DNA of 64,000 bases from an uncultured Desulfospira sp. (GTDB lineage Bacteria; Desulfobacterota; Desulfobacteria; Desulfobacterales; Desulfobacteraceae), in assembly GCA_963663165.1 (NCBI GenBank), contig OY760175.1:2144001-2208000 (forward strand), given 5' to 3'. The position numbers and the translations under genes are program-made. The notes under the pieces are model-generated. The model searched no databases. It saw only the letters and a program-made list of their open reading frames with translations, and was not told the DNA's origin. This document shows, one piece after another, positions 1 through 9,736 of this stretch; position 1 is the stretch's first letter, and the number at the start of each line of letters is the position of its first letter.

Positions 1-605
1 CTGGTTTGATATACCGGCGAGATTTCACAAAAGCCTGGGGTCTTTTTGCCTCTTAAAACCGTGATAATATCATTCACAACATCATCAATATAGACCAGGC
101 TCAATTTTGTCTTTGGATCGTTGATGGTAATCGGCAACCCATTGGCAATGTTATGACAAAACGTTGCCACCACAGAATTATACTCAGGGCGGCCCCACTT
201 TCCAAAAACATTTGTAAACCGGTAAAGATAAACATCGCTGCCGGTTTTTGCGCCATAGGTTTCAATTACTTTTTCTGCCGCCCGTTTTGATTTACCGTAG
301 GGAGAATCGTTTTCGGCCTGAATTGAAGATGAATAGACAATGGGGATTTTCTTGGGGGATGTGGTCAGCGCATCACACAATGTTTCGGTAAGATTTACAT
401 TTCCATGAACAAATTCGACATCATTCTCAGGCCGGTTAATACCGGCCAGATGGACAACCCAGTCTGCCTTGGGTGCGATTTCTTTTAATTGCTCCAAATT
501 ATTTTCCCGGGTAAATTTCGAGGTCTCAATCCCATCTATCTCCTTGAGTCTGCAAATGAGATTGCGCCCCATAAACCCGTCAGCACCAGTAACCAATACC
601 TGCAT
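1..605 (-). CDS. fnlB: FnlB/CapF/WbjC-type UDP-L-FucNAc pathway reductase/epimerase, 3'-truncated by the window edge
   Basis: Manual translation from the ATG at 605 (TAATG overlap with the fnlA stop) gives MQVLVTGADGFMGRNL...HLAGINRP...YGKSK...NVFGKWGRPEYNSVVATFCHNIA; directly follows fnlA. Confidence 0.85.
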   Translation of the reverse strand, partial: MQVLVTGADGFMGRNLICRLKEIDGIETSKFTRENNLEQLKEIAPKADWVVHLAGINRPENDVEFVHGNVNLTETLCDALTTSPKKIPIVYSSSIQAENDSPYGKSKRAAEKVIETYGAKTGSDVYLYRFTNVFGKWGRPEYNSVVATFCHNIANGLPITINDPKTKLSLVYIDDVVNDIITVLRGKKTPGFCEISPVYQT

Positions 606-1639
606 TATTCCTCCGGGTCCACCTGCTCCCCCTTAAGGGTTGCCTGAATAAATTTAAGTTTCATAAGCAGTGTTTTCATCTCCTGGATATTCAGCCGATC
701 CGTGTTATCCGAGTTATATTCCCCGGCGATGGTTATTTTTTCCTCACCCTGATCAAAAAACTTATTGTAATTGAGATCCCTTCGATCCGGGGGAATCCTA
801 AAATAACTGCCAAGGTCTTCTGCATTGGCCATCTCTTCACGGCTAAGCAAAGACTCATATCGTTTTTCTCCATGACGGGTGCCGATAATTCGAGGTTTGA
901 TATTTGGATCTTGCCCAAGCAGTTCGGTTAAGGCTTTGGATAGGACCTCAATGGTAGCAGCAGGAGATTTTTGGACAAAAATCTCACCGGGCCTGCCATG
1001 TTCAAATGCGTACAATACCAAATCAACCGCATCATCCAGGGTCATCATGAACCGGGTCATGTTTGGATCGGTTATGGTCAATGGCCGCCCCTGTTTGATC
1101 TGCTCTACAAAAAGAGGGATAACAGACCCCCTTGATGCCATTACATTCCCGTATCGTGTACCGCAAATAACCGTTTCATCACCACCTTCCCGGGATTTTG
1201 CAATAAAGACCTTTTCCATCATGGCCTTTGACATTCCCATGGCATTGACAGGATATACCGCTTTATCAGTACTCAGACAGATGACCCGTTTGACACCGGC
1301 ATTAATAGCAGCGGTCAATACATTTTCCGTACCAAATATATTGGTTTTAGCGGCTTCAATGGGATAAAACTCACAGGACGGTACCTGTTTTAGTGCAGCT
1401 GCATGAAAAATATAATCTACCCCCCGCACCGCTTTCATAATCGAGTTGTAATCCCGGACATCTCCAATATAAAATTGTAGTCGTGAATTTTCATACCTGC
1501 GGCGCATATCATCTTGCTTTTTTTCATCCCGACTTAAAATTCGTATCTGCCTGATATCGGAATCAAGAAAACGACGCAGGACCGCATTGCCAAAAGATCC
1601 TGTACCACCGGTAATAAGCAGTGACCTGCCCAAAAACAT
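605..1639 (-). CDS. fnlA: UDP-GlcNAc 4,6-dehydratase/5-epimerase (FnlA/CapE/WbjB)
   Basis: GGTGSFG, SRDEKKQDDMR, HAAALKQVPSCEFYP, STDKAVYPVNAMGMSK, RHGEK and DLNY motifs. Confidence 0.92.
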   Translation of the reverse strand: MFLGRSLLITGGTGSFGNAVLRRFLDSDIRQIRILSRDEKKQDDMRRRYENSRLQFYIGDVRDYNSIMKAVRGVDYIFHAAALKQVPSCEFYPIEAAKTNIFGTENVLTAAINAGVKRVICLSTDKAVYPVNAMGMSKAMMEKVFIAKSREGGDETVICGTRYGNVMASRGSVIPLFVEQIKQGRPLTITDPNMTRFMMTLDDAVDLVLYAFEHGRPGEIFVQKSPAATIEVLSKALTELLGQDPNIKPRIIGTRHGEKRYESLLSREEMANAEDLGSYFRIPPDRRDLNYNKFFDQGEEKITIAGEYNSDNTDRLNIQEMKTLLMKLKFIQATLKGEQVDPEE

Positions 1640-1716
1640 TATTTACTTCCTTATTTTTCCCCAAAGGGTTGTGTTTCCAACAGACTCTTGTTTCAAACCA
1701 TTTGCCTGTAATTAAA

Positions 1717-2871
1717 TTACAGGCCCATTATCTGGGTATATGCTTTCTTATGGTTTTGTGTGCATATATTGATGTCCAGATGCCCAAGTACCGTTTGCCG
1801 GGCATTTAGGCCAAAAACATTTCTTTTATCATCATCTTTTAACAAAAGGCCAACTTTATCACTGAGCTCATGTGGATTTCCGGCAGACACAATATACCCG
1901 TTGACCCCATTGTTTATGAACCGTGGCACATCCCCCACATCTGTTGAAACTATGGCTTTTTCCATACTCATGGCTTCCCAGACAGAAATTGGCGATGCCT
2001 CCGTAACAGAAGCACATACATAGATATCTGCGCTTTTCAATATCCCGGCCACGTTATCGCTGGCCCCATAAAAGTGACAATTTTTAAGCTGATATTCTTC
2101 AATAAGCATTTTGAGACCCTCCAGATAATTTTTCTGGCTAGTCAGGCCAGGTCCCACAATCCAGAAAACCAAATTTGAATATTTTTTATTCAATTGGCTG
2201 GCCATTTGTATAAAATACTCAAATCCTTTGCACGGATTGATATTGCCCACCGAAACGATATGAACACCGGAATATTCTGATATTTTATTATCTTTTTCTA
2301 TCTTATGCGGTTCAAAGACAGAACAGTCCACCGGCGCCTGGATTTCAAAAATCGGTTTTTTCTTCCCCAATTTCAGTTGGTCTACATAGTAATTTTTCAC
2401 CCTTTGGCCAGCCACAATAAAACCATTGGCACAATAAGTTGAAATCACTTTAAAAAGGAGTTTCACATAACGGGGCATATCAGTATCGTTAAGATGCCAG
2501 AGAACTTTGCAACCCGCCAGCCTACCGGCGATTACACCTTTATACTGCCAGCTTCCCCCGCTGACATGGAGAACATCAAATTTGCCTTTCCTTAAAACCC
2601 GATAGACAGACAGCACCTCATAAGGAAAACACAGGATATATTTAGATAGATCCTGCCATCTTCTTGACAACCGGTGAAGAGGCATCAGACATTTTTCAAT
2701 TCCATATTTTTCTAATTTTTGAACAAATGCATTACTGTCCGTTGACGGACAGATAACAACCGTTTCACAATGGTATTGTTTCAAGCGCCTGGCCACTTCC
2801 GCAATCCGGATCTGAGGGCCCCCAAGCCGCCCTTCTTCAATAATATTGGCTATCTTTATTCTCTTTTCCAT
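1717..2871 (-). CDS. Glycosyltransferase family 4 (GT-B)
   Basis: GG N-terminal motif, KGFEYFI, EX7E motif (EASPISVWE), STDVGD. Confidence 0.88.
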   Translation of the reverse strand: MEKRIKIANIIEEGRLGGPQIRIAEVARRLKQYHCETVVICPSTDSNAFVQKLEKYGIEKCLMPLHRLSRRWQDLSKYILCFPYEVLSVYRVLRKGKFDVLHVSGGSWQYKGVIAGRLAGCKVLWHLNDTDMPRYVKLLFKVISTYCANGFIVAGQRVKNYYVDQLKLGKKKPIFEIQAPVDCSVFEPHKIEKDNKISEYSGVHIVSVGNINPCKGFEYFIQMASQLNKKYSNLVFWIVGPGLTSQKNYLEGLKMLIEEYQLKNCHFYGASDNVAGILKSADIYVCASVTEASPISVWEAMSMEKAIVSTDVGDVPRFINNGVNGYIVSAGNPHELSDKVGLLLKDDDKRNVFGLNARQTVLGHLDINICTQNHKKAYTQIMGL

Positions 2872-2902
2872 TGTTCAAAATTGGTTCAGGCTTTCACAAT
2901 TT

Positions 2903-4012
2903 TCACTGGGCAGATACCTTGGAAGTCTCAATTGACTTTCCACTATAAAGGTCTCCTAACGCCGGGGTTCTGCCCAACATCTTTTTAATTTTGACAATCA
3001 ATTTGGTACACGCTTTCCGGCCAAAAAGCAGCAAGGCGAAAAAATACAAATAATAAAAATAAGTCGTTCCAACGCCAAGTTTTCTTAGAGTGTTAAAATA
3101 TCGGATAAAGGGGATAAAGCCATTGTCCCTTTGGACGGAAAGAAGAGGATAGGAATAATTGGCAAGATCTGTCATTAACGCCTTGTATACCCCTTCATCA
3201 TGGTGATAACGGCTTAAGTATTCGGCTATTTCAACCATACCTTCCACAAAATTTAAGGAAGCGTCCATTGGGAGCTTGCCAGGTTTAAACCGCTTTTTCT
3301 CAACTTCTGCTGTGCCAAAAAAATGGGTCGGTTTTTGATTCTGGTCCTTTCGCATAATGGCAATGCGATCCGATATATAGTAGCCGCCATGGTTGTATGC
3401 GACGATACCGGTCAAGTACAGTTGATACAGCAAGGTTCCGTCAAATCTTTCAGTGCCGGCCTGGGCGGCTAATTTTCTATTGATGGTATAACCGGCGATG
3501 GCAACGGAACGCCTGAAAAGGGTTTTAATACTTTTAATGCCCGGCTCAAACAGCCTGTCCCCGTCAAAATATCGAAACTCCTCAATAACCTTTTTTGTCT
3601 CACGTTCCGCCATGGCCCATGATCTTAAGATAACGCCGATACCTGGATTTTCATGGACAACACAAGCAATTCGGGACAAGGCCCCGGGGCATAGAAGATC
3701 ATCATCTCCCATGTATACACAGTAATCACCTTTGGCATGCTCAATCAGGCCCCTGAAGTTTCCGTCATAGCCAAGGGTTTGGGGATTTCTAATGAATCTG
3801 AATCGTTTATCAGGATAATTTTTCGTAAACCCTGCCACAACCTTTTCAATGTCTTGGGTAAGCGGCGAGGCATCATCACAAACCACAACTTCAAAATTTG
3901 CGTAATCTTGCAGTGCAATAGACTGCAGCAAATCTTTCAAATAGCCAGGACGGTTAAAAGACGGGATACAAACAGATAAAAATACCGGTGACGCCACGTT
4001 TTTAATTGTCAT
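2903..4012 (-). CDS. Glycosyltransferase family 2
   Basis: LSVCIPSFNRP, VCDDAS, GDDD (DXD) motifs; start chosen at MTIKN. Confidence 0.85.
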   Translation of the reverse strand: MTIKNVASPVFLSVCIPSFNRPGYLKDLLQSIALQDYANFEVVVCDDASPLTQDIEKVVAGFTKNYPDKRFRFIRNPQTLGYDGNFRGLIEHAKGDYCVYMGDDDLLCPGALSRIACVVHENPGIGVILRSWAMAERETKKVIEEFRYFDGDRLFEPGIKSIKTLFRRSVAIAGYTINRKLAAQAGTERFDGTLLYQLYLTGIVAYNHGGYYISDRIAIMRKDQNQKPTHFFGTAEVEKKRFKPGKLPMDASLNFVEGMVEIAEYLSRYHHDEGVYKALMTDLANYSYPLLSVQRDNGFIPFIRYFNTLRKLGVGTTYFYYLYFFALLLFGRKACTKLIVKIKKMLGRTPALGDLYSGKSIETSKVSAQ

Positions 4013-4061
4013 AAAATTACTCCATACGCTTTGATGCAACCTAAATCATCTTAAAGTATTC

Positions 4062-4940
4062 CTAAAACTGCATGACAGGGATATGGTCTCTGACAGGATA
4101 AGTTTTAGAACAACTGCTACAGGTGATTGTTTTATCTTTTAAAATAAGATCCTGCGAGCGGCATGCGGGACAGATCAGCAGATCCATCAAATCGATATTA
4201 TCATTTCTTTGTTTTTGGGAAAAAAAGGCCCTTGCCCATTTGAGAACCATTGCTTTCCATAGGCCAAGAAATGACCTTGAAACACATCTGTCCCCTATTT
4301 CCACCGGGGGCTCCCAATCGGCCTTGGCCTCAGAATTTAATACTTGAAACTTTATGGTGTTTTGCCAGAAATAGCGGACATGAAATTCAAAGGGGTGCTT
4401 TCTCATGGTTTCTTGGGTTAATATTTTTTTTACCTTTGCTTCATATAATTCAACGACCTCGGGGTCTGGTTTCCATTTTATCTTTTTTCTGATCACAAGC
4501 TTGCCGTCTGAGGTTGTTACCTCCAGTCTGTGGTCCCGATATGGATTAATTCTCTCCATAAACGCATCCGGGGTCTCTATATACCCTGCTTTGGCCACCC
4601 GCTGCAACTCATTGAGAAATTTTGCAGGATCAGAAGAATGCTCAAGCACATGTGAGGCGATTACAAAATCAAACGCATTGTCTTTAAAAGGCAGGTTCTC
4701 CACAAACCCGAGAACCGTCGGGCGGTCGCTAATCAGTTTGACCCAGTGCCGCTCCCTGGTGTTTTCATAAGCATCAAGCAATACATTAGCCCGATAATAT
4801 GGATTTCCCCCTGACCCGACTTCCAAAACAAGGTCCGTTGGTCCCACCGGACAGTACAGTCGTCTCAAGGACCAGGCAATAGCCGTTAAGCCAAGGTAAC
4901 GGAAAAAACGCATTGGAGACGAAAAAGGCTGAATAGACAT
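4062..4940 (-). CDS. Class I SAM methyltransferase with C-terminal Trm112-like Zn ribbon
   Basis: VLEVGSG and FDFVIASHVLEH; C-terminus LLICPACR...CSSCSKTYPVRDHIPVM. Confidence 0.8.
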   Translation of the reverse strand: MSIQPFSSPMRFFRYLGLTAIAWSLRRLYCPVGPTDLVLEVGSGGNPYYRANVLLDAYENTRERHWVKLISDRPTVLGFVENLPFKDNAFDFVIASHVLEHSSDPAKFLNELQRVAKAGYIETPDAFMERINPYRDHRLEVTTSDGKLVIRKKIKWKPDPEVVELYEAKVKKILTQETMRKHPFEFHVRYFWQNTIKFQVLNSEAKADWEPPVEIGDRCVSRSFLGLWKAMVLKWARAFFSQKQRNDNIDLMDLLICPACRSQDLILKDKTITCSSCSKTYPVRDHIPVMQF

Positions 4941-4942
4941 AT

Positions 4943-5638
4943 TTATTTTCGAGCCTCGATAAAAAGGGAATCTTCGGGCCGATTATCAAGGGCTGCCAGA
5001 TCCGGCATCTCTCCAGATTGGAAGCCCTGCTTTTGGATATTTTGAAAACCAATATCAACCAGAATGATGCTGAGTAATTCAAAATCATACATATATTTAT
5101 GCCTGGCATAATGGCTGCGGTTGTCCTCAACAAAAAAATATTTCTCCAGCATTCTTTTCTTCTGGCCGGATGAATATAAGGATACGGCAAATTCAAGATC
5201 CGGGACAGATATCCTAATCAGGCCACCTTTTTTAAGCACCCGATAACACTCCTTGAGCAGCCTAAGAGCATCTTCACGATACAAATGCTCCAAAAAATGA
5301 GATGAAAAAACATAATCTGCTATGTCATTCTTTAAAGGGATACCCCGTGAAAGGTCATGGTGTATGAAATAATGATCTCCCAAAAGCCGGCAATACTCCA
5401 ACTTTGAGAAATGCCTTTTAGCCCCTGTCAATTTATACATGACCGGATGGAGTGTTTTGGGAAGAGAGGCAACAAGCGCATTGAGGCTTCCGTCAATATT
5501 GAACCAGCCTTTACAAACCGTCAGGCCACACCCCAGATTAATGCAGACAGGCGAATCGCCCTCAGGGATGCTGACTTTCTGCCCCGCTTTTAACCGCCCA
5601 AGTCCCCAATTACAGAATTCAATAATCAGCCTTAACAC
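4943..5638 (-). CDS. Class I SAM methyltransferase
   Basis: INLGCG, SSHFLEHL, RVLKKGGLIRISVPD. Confidence 0.82.
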   Translation of the reverse strand: MLRLIIEFCNWGLGRLKAGQKVSIPEGDSPVCINLGCGLTVCKGWFNIDGSLNALVASLPKTLHPVMYKLTGAKRHFSKLEYCRLLGDHYFIHHDLSRGIPLKNDIADYVFSSHFLEHLYREDALRLLKECYRVLKKGGLIRISVPDLEFAVSLYSSGQKKRMLEKYFFVEDNRSHYARHKYMYDFELLSIILVDIGFQNIQKQGFQSGEMPDLAALDNRPEDSLFIEARK

Positions 5639-6719
5639 CTACACCCCCTCTTTCTTTTGAGGTTTCAATCCAATCTATAACCATTTTCATTCGGGATGTT
5701 ACATCATGCCCGTCATTTCGAACCCGCTTCATTCCAGCCGCTGCGATCTTCTCACACCTTTGGGGATCCGCTAATACCCTCCCCACCTGATCAACCATTT
5801 CATCCGGGTTCTTGAAAAACAAGGCCTCCCGACCGGCTTCAAACAGACCGGCCAGGTCATCTGAGTATTCCGAACAAAGGACCGTACCGCTTGCCGGAAT
5901 TTCAAAACAGCGTCTTGTATATGTGTCTCTGTTTAATTTTGAGAAAAAACACAGTGCGATTTTTGCACCGCAGATCGCCTGGTTATACTCTGTCCCCCAA
6001 ACCAGGCGCACCGGTGCCAGAGATTTGAGTTGAGATGACATTTCAACCACCTTATCCCATTCATACCCAGGTCCGAACAATCTCAACTTCCATCCCTGAT
6101 CAACAATACGTTCAAGATATTCCAAACGCCCGTCATCCTCATAGTGCCCCACAAAGACCACATCGCACTCATAATCAGCATTCCTTTTATCAGTCAGGGG
6201 CAAAGGATAATTCACTTCAGGAATAAACCAGGATCTGAGTAACTGTATGTCCTTAGCACCAGCGTTTTGGAAATCTGCTAAATTATGATGCCGATACGCC
6301 AGCAGCAGATCATATTCAGGTATGCTGTCTATAAAATGCCGCCATTGCCATTTGGGATATAACGGAGAAAACGGATCATCATTATTATATCCCACCATAT
6401 AGGTATCAGGAGACGCCTGCCGGATCTTCTCAAGTGTGTTTCTATATATTAAAATTCCACGGTACACAAACAATACATCCGGCTTCTCAGCCATGGCCTT
6501 TGAGCACAAATCCCTATTTATGCGATCAACAACAGGCCCCCAGACATATTTATGCTGCCCTCTTAAAAATGGGGATAAACACCGCCTGATACCCTTTCCT
6601 GCGTCAAAATATGAGTGCCACCCAAAAGGAACGGGGTCATGCCCTATATTCTCAAATGCCCGGAAAACAGGTTCCTCGTGTAATTTTGAATGCCAGTTTC
6701 CAGCGATCAGTATTTTCAT
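5619..6719 (-). CDS. Glycosyltransferase, CgeB/DUF3880-like (GT-B)
   Basis: DDP motif, DVVFVGH, RCFEIPASG, C-terminal GT-B signature. Confidence 0.78.
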   Translation of the reverse strand: MKILIAGNWHSKLHEEPVFRAFENIGHDPVPFGWHSYFDAGKGIRRCLSPFLRGQHKYVWGPVVDRINRDLCSKAMAEKPDVLFVYRGILIYRNTLEKIRQASPDTYMVGYNNDDPFSPLYPKWQWRHFIDSIPEYDLLLAYRHHNLADFQNAGAKDIQLLRSWFIPEVNYPLPLTDKRNADYECDVVFVGHYEDDGRLEYLERIVDQGWKLRLFGPGYEWDKVVEMSSQLKSLAPVRLVWGTEYNQAICGAKIALCFFSKLNRDTYTRRCFEIPASGTVLCSEYSDDLAGLFEAGREALFFKNPDEMVDQVGRVLADPQRCEKIAAAGMKRVRNDGHDVTSRMKMVIDWIETSKERGGVGVKADY

Positions 6720-6847
6720 TTCAAACCGAATACGAATAGTAACGCCCCTTACACCAGGTCATCAAGAACTTGACCGAAATTTGGGCTAAAGCCAAGGAAA
6801 ATATTTATGATTATATTGGCTGTATTACTAAAAATAAGTTATTATAT

Positions 6848-7879
6848 CTATCTGTTGACCCTCAAGGCACAACCGATTGGTTTCGGCCTTCTACAGTAGG
6901 CTTCCAAGTTGTGAATTTTTGTTTTATCGCTTTGCAGGGATGTAACCAAATCCACAATTTCTTCGATTCGTTTATGGTGCTGGTACTTATGTGAACCAAA
7001 TCCATCAAATGTATTCAATACAGCAGCCTTATACTTACGCTTTAACAAAGCAATTGTTTTTTCCCCTGGTATATCCGGTATGTCTCCCCGAATGCATATA
7101 CCGGCTTTCTCTAATACGATCCCTAACACCGGAACCATTCTAATCACCCCCATAAGTCTGGCATAGGCGAGTATTAGGCTGAAAGGCAGGCGGCTGATAA
7201 CTGCCCTTAAAGGGAGTTGGATGAGGTGAAACCGAATCCAACGCAGTGCCCCCTTGTCATTTAAATCGTAACAATTAAAAACAAACTCGCCTCCCTCAGC
7301 GACGATTTCAAAAAGAGCTTTTGCCGTTTTCTCAACAGAAGGGGTATGCTGAATAACATTATGACAGATAACAATACCTGGTATGGATCGGGGTTTTAAA
7401 GGGGGCATATCAATAGAACATTGAATAACATCATAGTTTGTAAAACCGCTGGGGTTCAAATTTTCCAAAACAACGTCATCTACTGAGTGGGATAAATCCA
7501 TCATTATTACATGGTCTGCACCACTTTCAAGCATCCATAATGTCTGAGCCCCGCTGCCGCCTCCGGCATCAACAATCATTTTTCCCCTGAACGCTTCTGT
7601 CGAGCCAAATGTATTGGCTACAGTATGCTTCAACCAATTTATTTTGAAATCTGTAAAATTAAAATGATTCCACTCATCACCAAAAGACGTAACGGTTTCC
7701 TTCAATTTCTGGTCCGTAATAAATCTTGGAATCCCATTTTTAATGGGATATGATGCACCGATTTCTGTTTTCAGGACCCCTGAAATAATGTTCCCCTTGC
7801 TGTCATACTCGGGGTTTTCAAGTTTCAATTCTTCCCCTGATGCCGGATCAGACAGATAGTCTAACAATTTTGGTGTCAT
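6848..7879 (-). CDS. SAM methyltransferase with N-terminal Trm112-like domain
   Basis: N-terminus LLDYLSDPASG...YPIKNGIPRF; TVTSFGDEW; VDAGGGSG; VIQHTP. Confidence 0.78.
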   Translation of the reverse strand: MTPKLLDYLSDPASGEELKLENPEYDSKGNIISGVLKTEIGASYPIKNGIPRFITDQKLKETVTSFGDEWNHFNFTDFKINWLKHTVANTFGSTEAFRGKMIVDAGGGSGAQTLWMLESGADHVIMMDLSHSVDDVVLENLNPSGFTNYDVIQCSIDMPPLKPRSIPGIVICHNVIQHTPSVEKTAKALFEIVAEGGEFVFNCYDLNDKGALRWIRFHLIQLPLRAVISRLPFSLILAYARLMGVIRMVPVLGIVLEKAGICIRGDIPDIPGEKTIALLKRKYKAAVLNTFDGFGSHKYQHHKRIEEIVDLVTSLQSDKTKIHNLEAYCRRPKPIGCALRVNR

Positions 7880-7951
7880 TTTTTCCCTTTGTTATTTTTG
7901 TTATCAAAAACAATCTTCTGAAATATTTTTCCTTTATTAAAACGTTTACCT

Positions 7952-8794
7952 TTAAAGGGGGTTCTTCATATACAAGCAATCTTTCCTAAAATCATAGTTC
8001 AGATTATTTTGTCTTACATTCCGATAAATTAAAGAAATATCTTTTGATGCGATGTATCCAAACAGTAAGAATTCCCTTTTATACGTTTCGCACACCTGAT
8101 TCATCAGCCCTTTCGTATAATAGTCTTCTATAGCCTTTACAGGAGCTGATCGTTTTTTGGGCCCCTTCCTAAACTCGTAACCCAAAAAATTAGCCAACTC
8201 ACACAAATCCTCATCCAGTGATTCGTTTTTATTTACCCAGTTTACTATAAGCCGCCCACTCTGATCAAATAACTGAGGAAAAAGAAACTTTCTTGATGGC
8301 CACTTGTCATCTCTATTCATAATCGATTGCAGCATGTATTCAAATCCTTTTTTAGCGATGTGATAATCATAGTGATCGGTATTGTACCATCGTCCGTGGC
8401 CGATAACATGATGATAATAGGACCTGAAAAAAGTAATGGGATTACGAACTGTCGTAAATAAAAAGTGAGACTTGGAAGGCCTGAAGCGGGTACCCGTCAA
8501 TCCGACAGGAATCTGTTCATCTGAAAGATTTTCTCTTAAAAGGCTATGACTTAGGGGGATGAATGCCTGCTTAGGGAAAAGGCTGCTTATGTAGGTCCCC
8601 CCTGTTTTGGGAATGTGTATAAAAACGGGAATTTTTTTGTTACAGCGCTTTGAATAAATAGTTGCTTTCAGCAGTTTAAATTTTCTTGTCGGGTGGACAT
8701 CATACTTATCCATAAGGAATCTTAAGTGCCCGCCCTTTCTTTTTCCATCAGACTGGAAGGCATGATATCTCGCCCACTTGTCATGCTCGGCCAT
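7952..8794 (-). CDS. Sulfotransferase (family 2-like)
   Basis: FIHIPKTGGT 5'-PSB loop, VRNP...SYY 3'-PB motif, C-terminal FGY. Confidence 0.78.
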   Translation of the reverse strand: MAEHDKWARYHAFQSDGKRKGGHLRFLMDKYDVHPTRKFKLLKATIYSKRCNKKIPVFIHIPKTGGTYISSLFPKQAFIPLSHSLLRENLSDEQIPVGLTGTRFRPSKSHFLFTTVRNPITFFRSYYHHVIGHGRWYNTDHYDYHIAKKGFEYMLQSIMNRDDKWPSRKFLFPQLFDQSGRLIVNWVNKNESLDEDLCELANFLGYEFRKGPKKRSAPVKAIEDYYTKGLMNQVCETYKREFLLFGYIASKDISLIYRNVRQNNLNYDFRKDCLYMKNPL

Positions 8795-9710
8795 GAGTCC
8801 TCCCCAACGGCCGCTTGTATATTCTTACTAAAATTTCTTCGAACAAATAAAGGAACTCCTTGACCCTAAAATTTTTCGTTTGAAGATTGTAAATTGCACT
8901 GAGCATCTTCTTTTTATTGTATCCACCGGCTTCTAAATACTCAGTTGAATACTCATTAATATATTTTATGAGCCGCTTTTTACGGTACCAGGTGTCGATT
9001 TTTTCTTTCCATTTCTCTGGCATCTGCTTCACTGTTTTGTAACGGGCTGCCCCAAGATGGTCTCCATGGCCTTTCAGGGAGATATTGAATGATTCTTTAA
9101 TGATGTGTTCGTTATAGCCGACACCGATAAAGTTACAAAGATCCTCTATTGTCTGCTCAGGACTATCAATCAATTGTTCATAACTCACTAACTTTATAGA
9201 GTCTATATGATTTTTTACAAATTTGCCAATAAGTTTAGGGCCGACACAAAAATCACTGTCTAAGTGATCTATCCGCCGCATGGAATTGTTTCGGAACGCT
9301 TCCAATGAAGACGAAAATATGGATACAGGATTCCTCAATAAAACAACAAACTTGCCATCCGGAAAAAGGTCAAGTAACTCATCCAGTATCCAATAATACC
9401 TGGGTGTTTTATCTAAAAAAAATTTCTCTCCATTTTTACAGTAAGAAGAGTAAATCGAATAAACGAACTCCCGAACGGAGTTGTCAATACTTTCTTTTCC
9501 ACACTCTGAAATAATACGGGAAAAAGCGTTGACAGACTGAACGTGCCCGTAAGGAGAAGTTACCCCCTTTTTCTTTCTCATATAACAAAGGGGGAGTAGA
9601 AACCATGGTTCTGCAGTAGAGGCAATGTCGATATGACTCATCAACATCTTTTGTAATAATGTGGACCCTGAACGGGGTAAAGATACTAAAAAAATAGGAA
9701 TGGGATTCAT
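8781..9710 (-). CDS. Sulfotransferase
   Basis: SLPRSGSTLL, DKTP, RNP...S and YEQL motifs. Confidence 0.85.
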   Translation of the reverse strand: MNPIPIFLVSLPRSGSTLLQKMLMSHIDIASTAEPWFLLPLCYMRKKKGVTSPYGHVQSVNAFSRIISECGKESIDNSVREFVYSIYSSYCKNGEKFFLDKTPRYYWILDELLDLFPDGKFVVLLRNPVSIFSSSLEAFRNNSMRRIDHLDSDFCVGPKLIGKFVKNHIDSIKLVSYEQLIDSPEQTIEDLCNFIGVGYNEHIIKESFNISLKGHGDHLGAARYKTVKQMPEKWKEKIDTWYRKKRLIKYINEYSTEYLEAGGYNKKKMLSAIYNLQTKNFRVKEFLYLFEEILVRIYKRPLGRTHGRA

Positions 9711-9736
9711 TATGATATACGGTTCACTTGGGGTTT

